Assembly (NCBI GenBank): GCA_003427395.1
Contig: BFEA01000025.1
Span: forward strand, 3,071,036-3,135,035
DNA length: 64,000 nt
Direction of reading: 5' to 3'
Source of the DNA: Chara braunii
Taxonomy: Eukaryota > Plantae > Charophyceae
Of the stretch, positions 13,901-26,500 are shown piece by piece. The notes under the pieces are model-generated. The model made no database searches and was not told the origin of the DNA. It saw only the letters and a program-made list of their open reading frames with translations. The translations under genes were made by a program, and so were the position numbers. Each line of letters begins with the position of its first letter. Positions within the stretch are counted from its first letter, which is position 1.

Positions 13901-14941
13901 AGCAACCACCATCTGCTCCACGTCCTTGGACAAATTCGTCAATGTTGTTCAGTCTACCTTAAAGACCGACGACTTCGTGACACATCGCTCAGTGCTACAT
14001 GCACCGAGGTATGGCGCTCAACTCCGCGCTCCTGGAAAAAAGTGTAACCGCTAATGCACACGCGTCACGAGACTTGAGCTCTACGACGCCACCTCTCGCT
14101 TGGTCCTCTCCATTAGGAAGGTTTCTATCAGTATAATCTCATTTACATTTATAGTTGCACAATTTTATTCTGATTTCTTTTTAGGATTCTTGCTTCTGGT
14201 TGTGGTACTTTAGTGGTTAGAGCTCTGGCGTTGCAACAAAGAGGTTGTGTGTTCGCTTTTGTCGGCCAAAACCTCCCCCCGTGCGCTCAGTTGATGCTAG
14301 GTTGTATCCCACGACTGTGTTCCCAAATGATGGTCCTGAGTTTTATGGTGCGTTCTATTCGAATACAACAGGTGCGCATACTATTCAAATAACCTCGATT
14401 TTCAAATATAACGCATGTGCGTTCTATTCCATTTTTTTTCAAATTTGGAAACTCGAATACAACACATATGCGTTATATTTGGGGTAAGAAGGTGGTTAAT
14501 ATAGTAGCTTAGTAGGTTGGGCGGTGCGATCGTATGTTTGAGGTCATGGGTTCAATTCTTTCTACAGGGGAGGGGCTCTGCCTGATGAAGCGGGACTGGA
14601 GGCCTTGGGCCCCCTAAATCTGCAACGCTTTTTCACCACTGGGCCCTAATAAAAGGATAGCTTTTCTTTTCTCTTCTTTTTTTTTCTTTTTTTTTCTTTT
14701 TCTTTTTTTTAAAGCCCAGGGTGTTGTAGAGGCCAAGGACCAGACCCTCGGTGATTGGTGGTAGCGGCAGCCAATGGTTGTCCTTACAGGATAGGCCACC
14801 TACCCTACCCATCCCCACTTTAATACTCCCAGAGCACCCCCTGTCCCTACTATCCTACCTCAGTGTGACCAAAACTCAGGACCATCATTTGGACCAGACA
14901 GCAGTGACCAGCACCAAGGCTGGTCCAACCTCCCAGCCCTA

Positions 14942-15046
14942 CCGTCTTCCCCCGAGCATAACGCACCCTAAAAATGAATGTATGCAAGGTATATTTCCGG
15001 CCAGATACAGCCAAAATGAGGGTGCGTTGTGTTCGGGGGAAGACTG
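14942..15046. mobile_element. 105-bp TA-flanked MITE, same family
   Basis: TA|CCGTCTTCCCCCGA...TTCGGGGGAAGACTG|TA. Confidence 0.82.
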
Positions 15047-16061
15047 TAGTGGAAGCCGAAGCGGAAGCGGACCAACCTTGTCGTAAAGGTAATGCAATCT
15101 TCTACAGGCCCAATTCAGAGAGTCTACCCAGCAGGATTACCTAAGCAAGGTAGGCCAGCGCCCGGGGACACATCCTACCGTCCTTCCCCTAGCTTACCCA
15201 AGGCTAGGCGGAACTCAGGATAGCTTTTTCTTGGCAGGTAAAAAAAAAGGTAATGCCGGCCCCACGTTCACGGCCGAGTGGAGCGAGCTCCACAGTGGGC
15301 CTCGCTGCCCTCCTCACAAAATGAGCAGAATGGGAATGAATCCTTGCCTTAGAACATGATCCGGTACACCGCCATATTTTTTCTTTGTGTCTTGGTGCAT
15401 GTGGTGAGTAATGGCCCGTGCTCCACCGTATGTGGGGCCTCGTCACACCAATTCAACACGAGAAGCCCTTATGCGCCCAACCCATGTGGCTGAATGGCAC
15501 ACACATACACTTTTTTTGTTTTTTTTACATTTATTTATTTATTTATTATTTATATTATAGTATATAGATAATAGTGACAGACATGAGGAGACGACTCGTG
15601 GGGCCATTCATCTCCAGGCAGTCGTACACAGCCCATGTGGGTGAACCTTAGACGTCCATATGTGACTGTGATCATGCGTTCCACCCCCTCCCCCTCCCCC
15701 CCGGCTCTCTACCCCTAACGCTGTAAACGCAATAAGGTTTTAAAGGTGTCCAGGCATCCTTTCTTTGGCTTTCAGATCGAATCGATTCGATTATGTGTGT
15801 GTTACGGACTACGCATTGTGTCCATAAGTCTGTAGGTGTCGTACCCAGCCCATGTGGCTGAACCTTAGACGCCCATAAGAACTGTGAAAGTAATGAACAC
15901 AGTAACGTTAGAGGTGTCTACAGTAGGCATCCCTTACATGTTGCCCCTTAGCTGCAGTGTTTTTTTTTTTTTTTTTTTTTTTTAAGCTCTAGTGGTTTAG
16001 GGTACAGGGTTGGGACAAAAACCCAAGGACCGAGGATTTGCCAGTAGCTGCGCCTCCCTTG

Positions 16062-16225
16062 GGCGTGGTCCCACTAGCAAAGAGGATGGGATCGAATGCC
16101 TGAATCTGGATGTGTTTTAGGCAGAGATGCAGAAAAGCAGTTCAATCTCGATTTCCTGCACATCTCCATAACCTCGTCCAGATTCGGGCATTCGATCCGA
16201 TCCTCTTTGATAGTGGGACCACGCC
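16062..16225. mobile_element. palindromic MITE (second copy 50860-51020; related 16369-16520 and 44631-44752)
   Basis: GGCGTGGTCCCACTAGCAAAGAGGAT.. / ..ATCCTCTTTGATAGTGGGACCACGCC. Confidence 0.78.
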
Positions 16226-16752
16226 GCTTGTCATCTTCCCTCAACCCGATCAAGTAACAGCAGTCTCTACTAAAAAAAAAAGAAAAAAGAAAAAAAAAAG
16301 AAAAAAGAAAAAAAAAAAAAAAAAGGAAAAAAAAGAAAAGAAAGAAACCCAGCAGTCTCTAGCTGGTGCCAAGTCCCACTAGCAACGTTAAGTTTCCTCA
16401 ATCTGGACGCGTTTGTGGAGATATGCGCAAAATTGCGTTGAGTTTCCTCAACCGCACATAGCTGCAAACGCGTCCAGATTCAGGCGTTGAGGAAACTTAA
16501 CGTTGCTTGTGGGAATTGAACCCGGACGCAAACATTTCATTCATTTTTTCTTGAACATTTTATTTATTTATTTATTATTATTATTATTTTTTATTTTTTT
16601 TATTTATTTATTTAGAAAAGTTATTATTATGATTTGTTAAAAAGTGTATGTTAGGCGCCAAGTCGACCCATTGGCAGGATATGTCCACTTCCTCCGATCA
16701 ACCGAAGATTGCTGGCATCCCGGAAAAAGAAAAAGAAGAAGAAGAAAAAAAG

Positions 16753-16870
16753 AGATTGCTGGCATGGGTGTGTATCTTTCCTTGTTCTAGAGTGAGATTC
16801 ATTCTCATTTCGATTGCTGGCATGGGCGTGTATCTTTCCTTGTTCTAGAGTGAGATTCATTCTCATTTCG
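16753..16870. repeat. ~59-bp tandem duplication upstream of ABCI20
   Basis: GATTGCTGGCATGGGYGTGTATCTTTCC...ATTCTCATTTC occurs twice. Confidence 0.88.
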
Positions 16871-17201
16871 CAGCACAATTGATGAGTAGTGGAGCGAGGC
16901 CCATGGTCTCTTCGGTAATAACTGTTGACGGACCAGTCGGCAAGGAGAAGGGGAGGTGTGCCTTCTACTCTCTGCTCTCTCCTGCTCTCTCCTGCTCTCT
17001 CTCTCCTTCTCTCTCTCCTCCTCTCTCTCCTTTTCTCTCTCTCTCCTCTCTCTCCTTTTCTCTCTCTCTCCTCCTTTTTTTGCCTCGCTTTCTTCTGCGG
17101 GACTTACTAGTAAGATCGGTCTTCTCTGTTCTGAAGTTGACCGCTCTGATCGAATCCCATCATCTAATTAACGTTTGGAGTCTCTGGCGGGAAAGAGAGA
17201 G

Positions 17202-17442
17202 ATGGGTGACCCACGTGGGCAAGGGACAGCGATGGTGGGAGATGAGGAGCTCAGGACGAAGACGATGACTCGATCTTCGCCGACTGCAGTGCGAGAACCG
17301 ACAGTCGCCGTGAATAATCTCAGCTTTACGTATCCAGGACTTGATGGGCAACCCCCTCCTGGAGCTCGCCCAATGATTGAAGGCTTCAATCTGACACTTC
17401 ATGCAGGAGATAGATGTCTTCTGGCGGGCGCCAATGGGGCGG
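17202..17442 (+). CDS. ABCI20: ABCI20 exon 1 (start codon uncertain among in-frame ATGs)
   Basis: ...[41 protein letters not shown](G); donor G|GTAGGT. Confidence 0.9.
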
Positions 17443-17589
17443 GTAGGTAGGGACATTCTCTCCTCCCGGGTCTCGACTGTAATTGCCACCTAGCTACCTG
17501 TCGCTCTTCTCCTCCACTCCCTCCCTCTCTTTCTCTCATCTCCTTCCCGTCCTACTCATCCTATCGATAGGCCCTTGGTCCAGTCCTCT

Positions 17590-17640
<51 letters not shown>

Positions 17641-18309
17641 NNNNNNNNNNNNNNNNNNNNNNNNNNNNNNNNNNNNNNNNNNNNNNNNNNNNNNNNNNNN
17701 NNNNNNNNNNNNNNNNNNNNNNNNNNNNNNNNNNNNNNNNNNNNNNNNNNNNNNNNNNNNNNNNNNNNNNNNNNNNNNNNNNNNNNNNNNNNNNNNNNNN
17801 NNNNNNNNNNNNNNNNNNNNNNNNNNNNNNNNNNNNNNNNNNNNNNNNNNNNNNNNNNNNNNNNNNNNNNNNNNNNNNNNNNNNNNNNNNNNNNNNNNNN
17901 NNNNNNNNNNNNNNNNNNNNNNNNNNNNNNNNNNNNNNNNNNNNNNNNNNNNNNNNNNNNNNNNNNNNNNNNNNNNNNNNNNNNNNNNNNNNNNNNNNNN
18001 NNNNNNNNNNNNNNNNNNNNNNNNNNNNNNNNNNNNNNNNNNNNNNNNNNNNNNNNNNNNNNNNNNNNNNNNNNNNNNNNNNNNNNNNNNNNNNNNNNNN
18101 NNNNNNNNNNNNNNNNNNNNNNNNNNNNNNNNNNNNNNNNNNNNNNNNNNNNNNNNNNNNNNNNNNNNNNNNNNNNNNNNNNNNNNNNNNNNNNNNNNNN
18201 NNNNNNNNNNNNNNNNNNNNNNNNNNNNNNNNNNNNNNNNNNNNNNNNNNNNNNNNNNNNNNNNNNNNNNNNNNNNNNNNNNNNNNNNNNNNNNNNNNNN
18301 NNNNNNNNN

Positions 18310-18365
<56 letters not shown>

Positions 18366-19223
18366 CAAGGGGCATTTCATCGTGATCGCAAGCTACGATT
18401 TGACTGAGTCCAAATTGTTCATCTCCTCCTCCTTCTCCCCCCCCCCCCTTCCCATCGTCCTGCTCCCCTCGTCCTTTTCGGTGGGTGTGTGGGTTGCGCG
18501 GCCATATACCCTCCCCCCCCTACATCGCTTTCCCAAATTGGAAAATACTTTCATACCCTCGCTGCTCGAAAATCGAGCCAAGGCAGCGAACAAGCTACTG
18601 AGACTGGAGCCGGTCTTTTTTTTTTTTTTCCCTTTCTTTCTTTCATTTTCTTAAGTTCTTGCTTAAAAGACTTCAGTATTTTTAAGTTAATTAATTATAA
18701 AGAAAGCTGGAGTCGTTCCCTCTGCCGCGAGTTGTTTCAAATTCGACAGGGGTAGAACAGACATAGAATGCGCGACTGGGTAGGGGGAAAAAAAAGGAAA
18801 AAAGATTTATTATTACTTATAAAATGGAATTAAAAAAGAAAGGAATGAAATCCCGATGATCCGACCACTGGGTTGATGATGATGATGATGATGATGTCAG
18901 AACGCTGACAGCAGTCACAGGTATCACACTGGGTTGACCTCCTGATCGGCAGGCAGTGGAGCAGCCATCCCCTACCGTTTGTAATTTAATTTAAAGAAGA
19001 AAAAAAAATTAAAAAAAAGAACAAAAGAAAAGGAAAAAAAAAAAGAACAAAAGAAAAGAACAAAAGAAAAGTAAAAAAAAAAAAAGAAAAAAAGAAAAGA
19101 AAAAAGAACAAGGCTGTCTTCTTTCTCGCCTTGAGCCTTTACTGAGTAAGAGTGAGGAGTTATAGTCGATCTTGCGCTTTTTTCTTTTGTTTTAATTTCT
19201 CTCTCTCCCTCTCTCCCTCTCTC

Positions 19224-19259
<36 letters not shown>

Positions 19260-20532
19260 CAACTCACACCGCCGCTCCCCGGCCCCCCCCCAAAAAAAAA
19301 AAAAACGTTTTGGTCGCACCTGATCGGTCGGCCTGTTAACGCATGCGGTCTCGATTTAAGTATTTATTCATTGCTTTTCCCGAATAGAACGCGGGGCCTT
19401 GACTGCGGATCCCGACTTGGTGTCCTCTCGGGTAGGGAGGAAGAAAGCTCAGGCACGGTTGTCGTTTACTGATGGTCTCTTGTGGATCCCGAATAGAACG
19501 CGGGGCCTTGACTGCGGATCCTGAATAGCACGCGGGGCCTTGGCTGCGGATCCCGAATAGAACGCGGGGCCTTGACTGCGGAGCCATGAGGTGCTGACAC
19601 GTTCGAGGAATCAAATAGAATACACGTCAGACTTTGTTTATTTTATGTAGATTTATTTTCACTTTCAATCACATACATATATGAAATCTATTTTATTAAA
19701 TTTATATGATATATGATTGATTCTATTGTATATGATTTTCAAATATTTTATTTATTAGATTCAATTTTAAAGTAATATATAATTTATAAATAATATTTGA
19801 GCCGTATGAATTCAAAGACTTATGTACGGATCTAAGAAAGGGAGAATTTCGATCAACCTTCCTATTTAGGAAGAGGACAAGTAGTCTACAGGTGTGTAAA
19901 AAATAAAATAAAAATGGAGAAGTACAAGCACAGAGAATAGCGTCAAGTACATGCTCAAAAGATGACAAGATTAATTCATAATTTAATAAGTAATCAAATG
20001 AAGCAAGTCAGGTGCGACGTCCCCACGGCGACGATGTAGGTGTACTCCTTTGACGCATCAAATTCATGCATTGCAAAAAATAAGTAAAATTAAAGAATTT
20101 AAAAATCATCGAATTCAGTTCGCGAAACTGGATCGGTTGTCGTAGACACGTGTGTTTGGAAATAAAAAAATTCTTATATTATATTTATTAAGGGGGAAAA
20201 AAAAGCTGCTTGGTCCATTAATCTGCGGTGATCGTCGTTCCCAAATTATTTTTTTATTATGAAATTGAATTATTGATGAAATTTTCACGTAGTGAGGTTT
20301 ATAAGTGTTATGTATTACTTGTTGTGTTTATCGAAGGACGCGATTGCCCACTGATGGCATCCGCAAGAGAATGAACCTGGACACCCTGCTTACCTCAATA
20401 CAGATCATGCAACTGGCGGGCTCTATGTAGGAACGGCAGGCATTTAGGGGCATGATGCTTACTACTCAGGACACTTATGGAGACGGAAAATTTTCTACAA
20501 ATCTGAAAGGCATAAAGAAGGGGTAAAAAAGC

Positions 20533-20577
<45 letters not shown>

Positions 20578-23500
20578 AGAAAAAGAAGGGGGAAAAAGAT
20601 ACCTTACTACTCACGACTTTTTGGACTGAAAAAGGTATGGAGAAATAAATGGGGTTGATCCTTTAAAAAAAAAAAAAGAAAAAAAGAAAGGGGGGGAAAA
20701 AAACCGTTACTAGCTAGGCTACCAGAGTGGCCCGGGACCACTTGCCTGGCCGGGCCAAAGAAAAAGTAAAAAAAAGTAAAAAAAAGTAAAAAAAAAAAAA
20801 TGTAATGATTTTTTATTTTGAATTTGGTAAAGAGTTTTGATGTGACCCTGAGGCAAAAGTTGTTCAGTTTATTTTTCTGCATAACATTGCTTGTTTTCGG
20901 ATTTTTTGGACTTTTTTTTTTTTTTTTTTNNNNNNNNNNNNNNNNNNNNNNNNNNNNNNNNNNNNNNNNNNNNNNNNNNNNNNNNNNNNNNNNNNNNNNN
21001 NNNNNNNNNNNNNNNNNNNNNNNNNNNNNNNNNNNNNNNNNNNNNNNNNNNNNNNNNNNNNNNNNNNNNNNNNNNNNNNNNNNNNNNNNNNNNNNNNNNN
21101 NNNNNNNNNNNNNNNNNNNNNNNNNNNNNNNNNNNNNNNGGACTGAAAAAGGAATGGGGATATAAATAGGATTGATCTTTAAAAAAAAAAGAAAAAAAAA
21201 AAGAAGAAAAAAAAAAAAAGGGAAACCCCCTTACTACTCAGGACTTTTCGGACTGAAAAAGGATGGGGATATAAATAGGATTGATCCTGAAGAAATCATC
21301 AAGCACTATCTGTTAGTATTTTCCCCCGAACACAACGCACCCTGGTTGCTGGAAATGCCGAAGAAAGATTTGGAGTGGAAGATAGGTGATTGATTAGGCC
21401 TAATAGGTGATTGATTAGGCACTAATAGGTGATTGATTAGGCCTTATAGGTGATTGATTAGGCCTAATAGGTGGAAGATAGGTGATTGATTAGAACACAC
21501 ATGAGAGCACTCAGAGAGCGGAGTACCCTTTGCCCCGAACACAGCGCACCCTCATTAGGAATGTATACAAGCCAGATGTCTGGTCCGGTGCAGTCATGAT
21601 GAGGTGGGGGGTTGTTCAGGGGAAAGGCGGTAGCTTTTTTTGACTAGGATATGAGGATGATAGGAGGAGGAGGAGGAGGAGGAGGAGGAAACGGATCTGG
21701 ATCTCGGCTGGTGAAAATCTTACCCATTGCCCTCTTTAAGACCGGGATCATGATTGGAGGGAATGGATCAGGAACTTTCGCGGAAGCTTCAACGAATCTT
21801 CAGCGAATTTCGATACGCAACCTTATCCATCTGACATTCCTTCCCTTCCCTCCCTTCCCTCCCTTCCCTCTCCCTTCCCTCTCCCTTCCCTCTCCCTTCC
21901 CTCTGTTCCCTTTTTTCCCGTTTGTTCCCGCCAAATAATAATTTCAACAGGTAAATGTTCCCGCCAAATAATAATTTCAACAGGCAAATGTTCCCGCCAA
22001 ATAATAATTTCAACAGGTAAATGTTCCCCCCAAATAATAATTTCAACAGGTAAATGTTCTTGCCAAATAATAATTTCAACAGGTAAATGTTCCCGCCAAA
22101 TAATAATTTGAACAGGTAAAAAAGGATAGGGAAATGGATCAGGTTCACGTGATGCTGCTATGGCTGCTGCTGTGTGATGCAAATTGCCAAACTTTAAAGA
22201 AATTCAGCTGCTGCTGCTTTTTTTTTTTTTTTTTTGAAGGACGACGATGCCGTGAGATATCATCATGCCATTGAGGGACGCCAGGTAATTCAGAATGATT
22301 TTATTTTCATTCTGGTCATCTGATCGTATATCTGGATTCGAACTTGGGTCTGTATTTCGAGTTTCAACAGTTGGTGGCTGTACCAGCTGAGTTAGATTGG
22401 TTGGTAAGCTTTTGTTTTTGTCCTTTCTTTTTTTTCCAGACAAATTTCAGCAGTGATGCATCAATCATCCTTATCGTTTGAAGTTAATCGGGAGGGCAAA
22501 AATAAATAAATAATAATAATAAATAATAATAAATAATAATAAATAATAATAAATAATAAATAATAATAATAAATAAATAATAAATCGTGAGACCAAATTG
22601 ATGGTTTTACTGACCACATCACCACTTTCGGGCCTTTTTTTGATTCACCTGCGTCAGTACTCTGGATCTTGCTTTGCTTAGATTTCCATTACAGTGTTTT
22701 TTTTTTTTTTTCCGGGAATCCATTACAGTTTTTATCTTGTCTTTTACATTTAGTTTCTTTTTAGATTCAGCCTTAAAAAAAAAAAAAAAAAAAGTTGGAC
22801 ACGTCAGTATTGGNNNNNNNNNNNNNNNNNNNNNNNNNNNNNNNNNNNNNNNNNNNNNNNNNNNNNNNNNNNNNNNNNNNNNNNNNNNNNNNNNNNNNNN
22901 NNNNNNNNNNNNNNNNTTTTTTAATAAGAAAAACAGGTCCTTATGGGCCTGGCTCCATATCCGTTCTGGGCAGCATCAGTCCGATTCTTATTCCACTGGC
23001 AAGTCAGAAATTACAATATGAGACACCCTCACGCTTCCTTCCGTCTGGCCGAAGGACCCCTGAACAGCATTGATTGCTCCAGCGTTGCGGAGGATTGACT
23101 GTCAGCTTGCCATACATCTACCTTTCCTCTCAGGTCCAGAGTTATCTAAACCTGTCTTATTTATCGTGAGAGCAAGAAAGGGCTAGACGATGGAGGCAGC
23201 CGCAATTACAGCACCTGAGTATACCGCGCCTTTGCCACAGGATTCACGTAACCTGTTCTGACCCTTGTCCACCTGTAGGCTGGGACCTCCTTCAACTGGC
23301 TTCTGAATTGTGCCAGTCCTTCCATCGTAACATGAGAGGCCTGTATGTCTGCTAACTTGCCCCCTACCCGCCACCCCGTCGTAAATTTCTTTTTAATTCT
23401 CTGTTGCTGGTCCACATCATCCGGCAGGGAGTGTCTTATCTTCTGCCATTTGCAAAGAATCTCTGCCTGTATCAATGCTCTTGTCTCCGACCATACCTTC

Positions 23501-26500
23501 TTTCTTCAAGTTGACGTTGAGAGGCCTTCAATGGTTCTGCTGCACCTTTCTTTCCATAGAGCCCAGAGTGTAACCTTTCTGATCATGCCGAAGCCCCCAT
23601 TATATCTTCTCCGTCTTGCAGAAATGAGCCGGGATGTTAGTCCAAAGGAGGAGTTGGATGGGGTGTCCAGGGAGGGGGGTTGGGAAGGGGAAGTCCCATA
23701 GGTCCGAAGCCCTAGCCCAGTATTCAGTCGCTTCCCTACACCGTATTAAGCAGTGTATCATATCTTCTGGCTCATTATCCGAACGAATCACGGATAGCTC
23801 CGAGCTGTTTGGGTCATTCCTACGTCTCCTGATGTGCAACCATTGGTTGAGCGGTAGCGCCACGTATGAGATGAGCCATTGAAGGCTTCTGATTTTGACT
23901 GGAGGAATTGATTGGAACTTTTTGCACGGTATTTGAGGAGAGACGGTTAACGGAGACCTCAATTTTCAGACCACTTGTCAGGCCATTTATAACAAAACCC
24001 AAGGGTCATTTTAACCAAACTTGCCACCAATTCATAGAGTGGAGATCATACTAACTACTTACAAAAAACAAAATGAAAAAAGAACTTTAAAAACCTATAA
24101 AACATCAAGGCAAAAGTGTGTTTTCATGCAAAATTCACTCATTTCAGTGTTCAGGATTTTCAGGATTTTTTAGGGCTAGCCAAAACAGTCAACTCCAAGA
24201 CCCCAACAAACACCAAACTTGGCACACACAGACCTTGACCAAAAATAAAACAGGGCAAAAGAAAAAAAAACAGAAAAAACAAAAAAAAATGATCTCCAGG
24301 CGGTTGTACCCTAGTTTGACAGTATAATCGTGGATGTTGACATTTGTTTTCAGATTCTTACTCCTGTCGGGTGTCCAGGCCCATTCTGCTGGGTCAAATT
24401 CCAGGTCTTGAATTGCTGTGTCCATCCGGAAGATCGTTTTTGGCCATAAATGGACTTAGAACTGTTCTTTCCACCTCTTTGTTAAGAATGGATGAGAAGC
24501 CTTGTGTTGACGAGGTAATTGGGAACGAGGTGCATACTGCCAGGGTATCCGGTTCTCGCTGTTTGTGGGAGAATTGATAATCCCTAGAGGGGGTTCGTTC
24601 TTGTATCATCACCCCCCATTCCCCCGGTTTCCAAATCTGGTCTTCGCACAGCAGTTCCTTTCAGTCATCTGGGATGCATTTGATGATGGATTGCAGATTT
24701 TCATCTCGTTCGTGACAACCCTTTCGCTGAGGGGCCAGTTCCTGTTCTGTCAACGAATCCTTTTTCTCCTCGTCCCATAGATGGCTCACTTTCCAGACTC
24801 CATGCTTAATCCAAGATAGCCATCTCTGCCCTCTAGGCTTGAAGGACAGTGGGTGGTCGCTTCCATCTCTCACCCAAGGATTATCAAATAAAAGCTGCCT
24901 CAGGACCTCCTCTTTGGACTTTGGTCTGCCCACCTTCTTTGGCACGATTTCCCACCATATCCGTAGCAGTGCAGTCCAGTAAGGTGTGGGGGGGCTGGCT
25001 TCGTTAGGACCAGGTCCTCTCCATTGGTTTCTGCGGCCTGTATTTGGACTCCATTCCTTGTTCATCTCACCCAAAACGGACCGGACATGTTCATTGGTGT
25101 GGTTGTTGGGGCTAGGCTCCTGATACTGTCCAGGGCTAGTTTGTTCGACGCAAGACCCGGTCTGGTAAGGAGTTTGACAATCCATTTAACTTGTAGAGCT
25201 TTTGTTTCTTGTTTGGAGTCAATGATGCCAAGTCCTCCTCTGGCTGGTTTCCTTGTGATGTAGTGCCAGGCTATCTTTGGTATACAGTTCTCCTTGTTTG
25301 GGTCACCCGACCACAAGTATGCTCTTGCTTTGCGGTCGAGGTCCTTGATTGTGTGATCTGGCACCGTCCAGATTGAAGTTATGTACCATATCATTGAGAA
25401 AACCGGTGTATTGATAGCCCGGCCTAACAGGGATGTGAAAGTGTTCCCCCACCTGCCCAGTTTGTTGATTTGACTAGCGAGTATGTTTTGGGCCATTTGG
25501 GAGGTGAAGCCGTCTTTCGTCATCAGGATGCCTAGATATCTTGTAGGTGTTTCTGGTTTCTCCCATGTCATAGCCGCCTCCGGGCCCTGATGTTGGGGAA
25601 CTTCCTCTTCAGTCAACCTCCATCCAATCGTTTTCTTCCAGTTGATTTTCATTTATGAAGCCAATCTGAAGGCCTCCATGGCTCGTGCCAGTGCACTACA
25701 AGATGAATCCGAGGCTCGGACGAGGACAGTCAGGTCATCAGCAAACATGATCACTGTAGGGAAGTGAAGGTGGTGGGGTGTGCCTACATTTACTTCTGGT
25801 AGCCTGTGGAGGGACGGGTCCTTGCGCAGGAAAGATGCTATAGCCTCCATTACGAAGAGGAAGATTGGTGGTGCGAGCGGATCGCCTTGGTGGACTGACC
25901 ATGATATTGGATAACAGTCAGATATCAGGCCGTTGATTTGGACACAGCCTATAGCGTCATTGTATAAAATACGAACCCACTTCCTAAAATTTGGAGTCTT
26001 GGACCTACTCCCATCTTTCCCATGCTTGCATGAGGAACGCCCAGTTGACCTGATCATAAGCCTTTCGAAATAAAAAAAAAGGATTGCAGGGCTCCGTCTG
26101 GCGCCTGTCTGAGTAGGCTGGAGACTTTTGACGCCTGCCCCTGAATTTGGAACTTAGTGCAGCTTCGTATTTTGCCTTGGGCACTGGGCCCATAATAAAA
26201 AGGTATTAAAAAAATAAAGTAAAAAACAAAAAGTTAATTGGGAGCAACACAGCATATGCATGCTTGATAGCAAACTTCCACACACATACCGGCCCTAGCG
26301 CAGTTGGTACACCCAATGAACTCTGTTGAAATACAGACCCAAGTTCGAATCCAGGTGAACCGTCGGGGCTGTAATAGTTTTTGCAGGTTTTGGCGTGTAC
26401 ATCAATAGTCGCCCAAGTACACCGTGATGACAAAGTCAATGATAATATTTCTTTAAAATTAGGCTTTTTTATTGATCCACTTTCTTCACTTGTTCGGGTG

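Noticed and set aside
14200-14570. tRNA genes (A/B-box-like sequences here and at about 26288, 26903, 27070)
   Set aside because: Acceptor and anticodon stems do not form; treated as SINE-like or pseudo-tRNA heads.
20330-20470. Possible small exon or transposase C-terminal fragment
   Set aside because: Too short, and no convincing motif in any frame.
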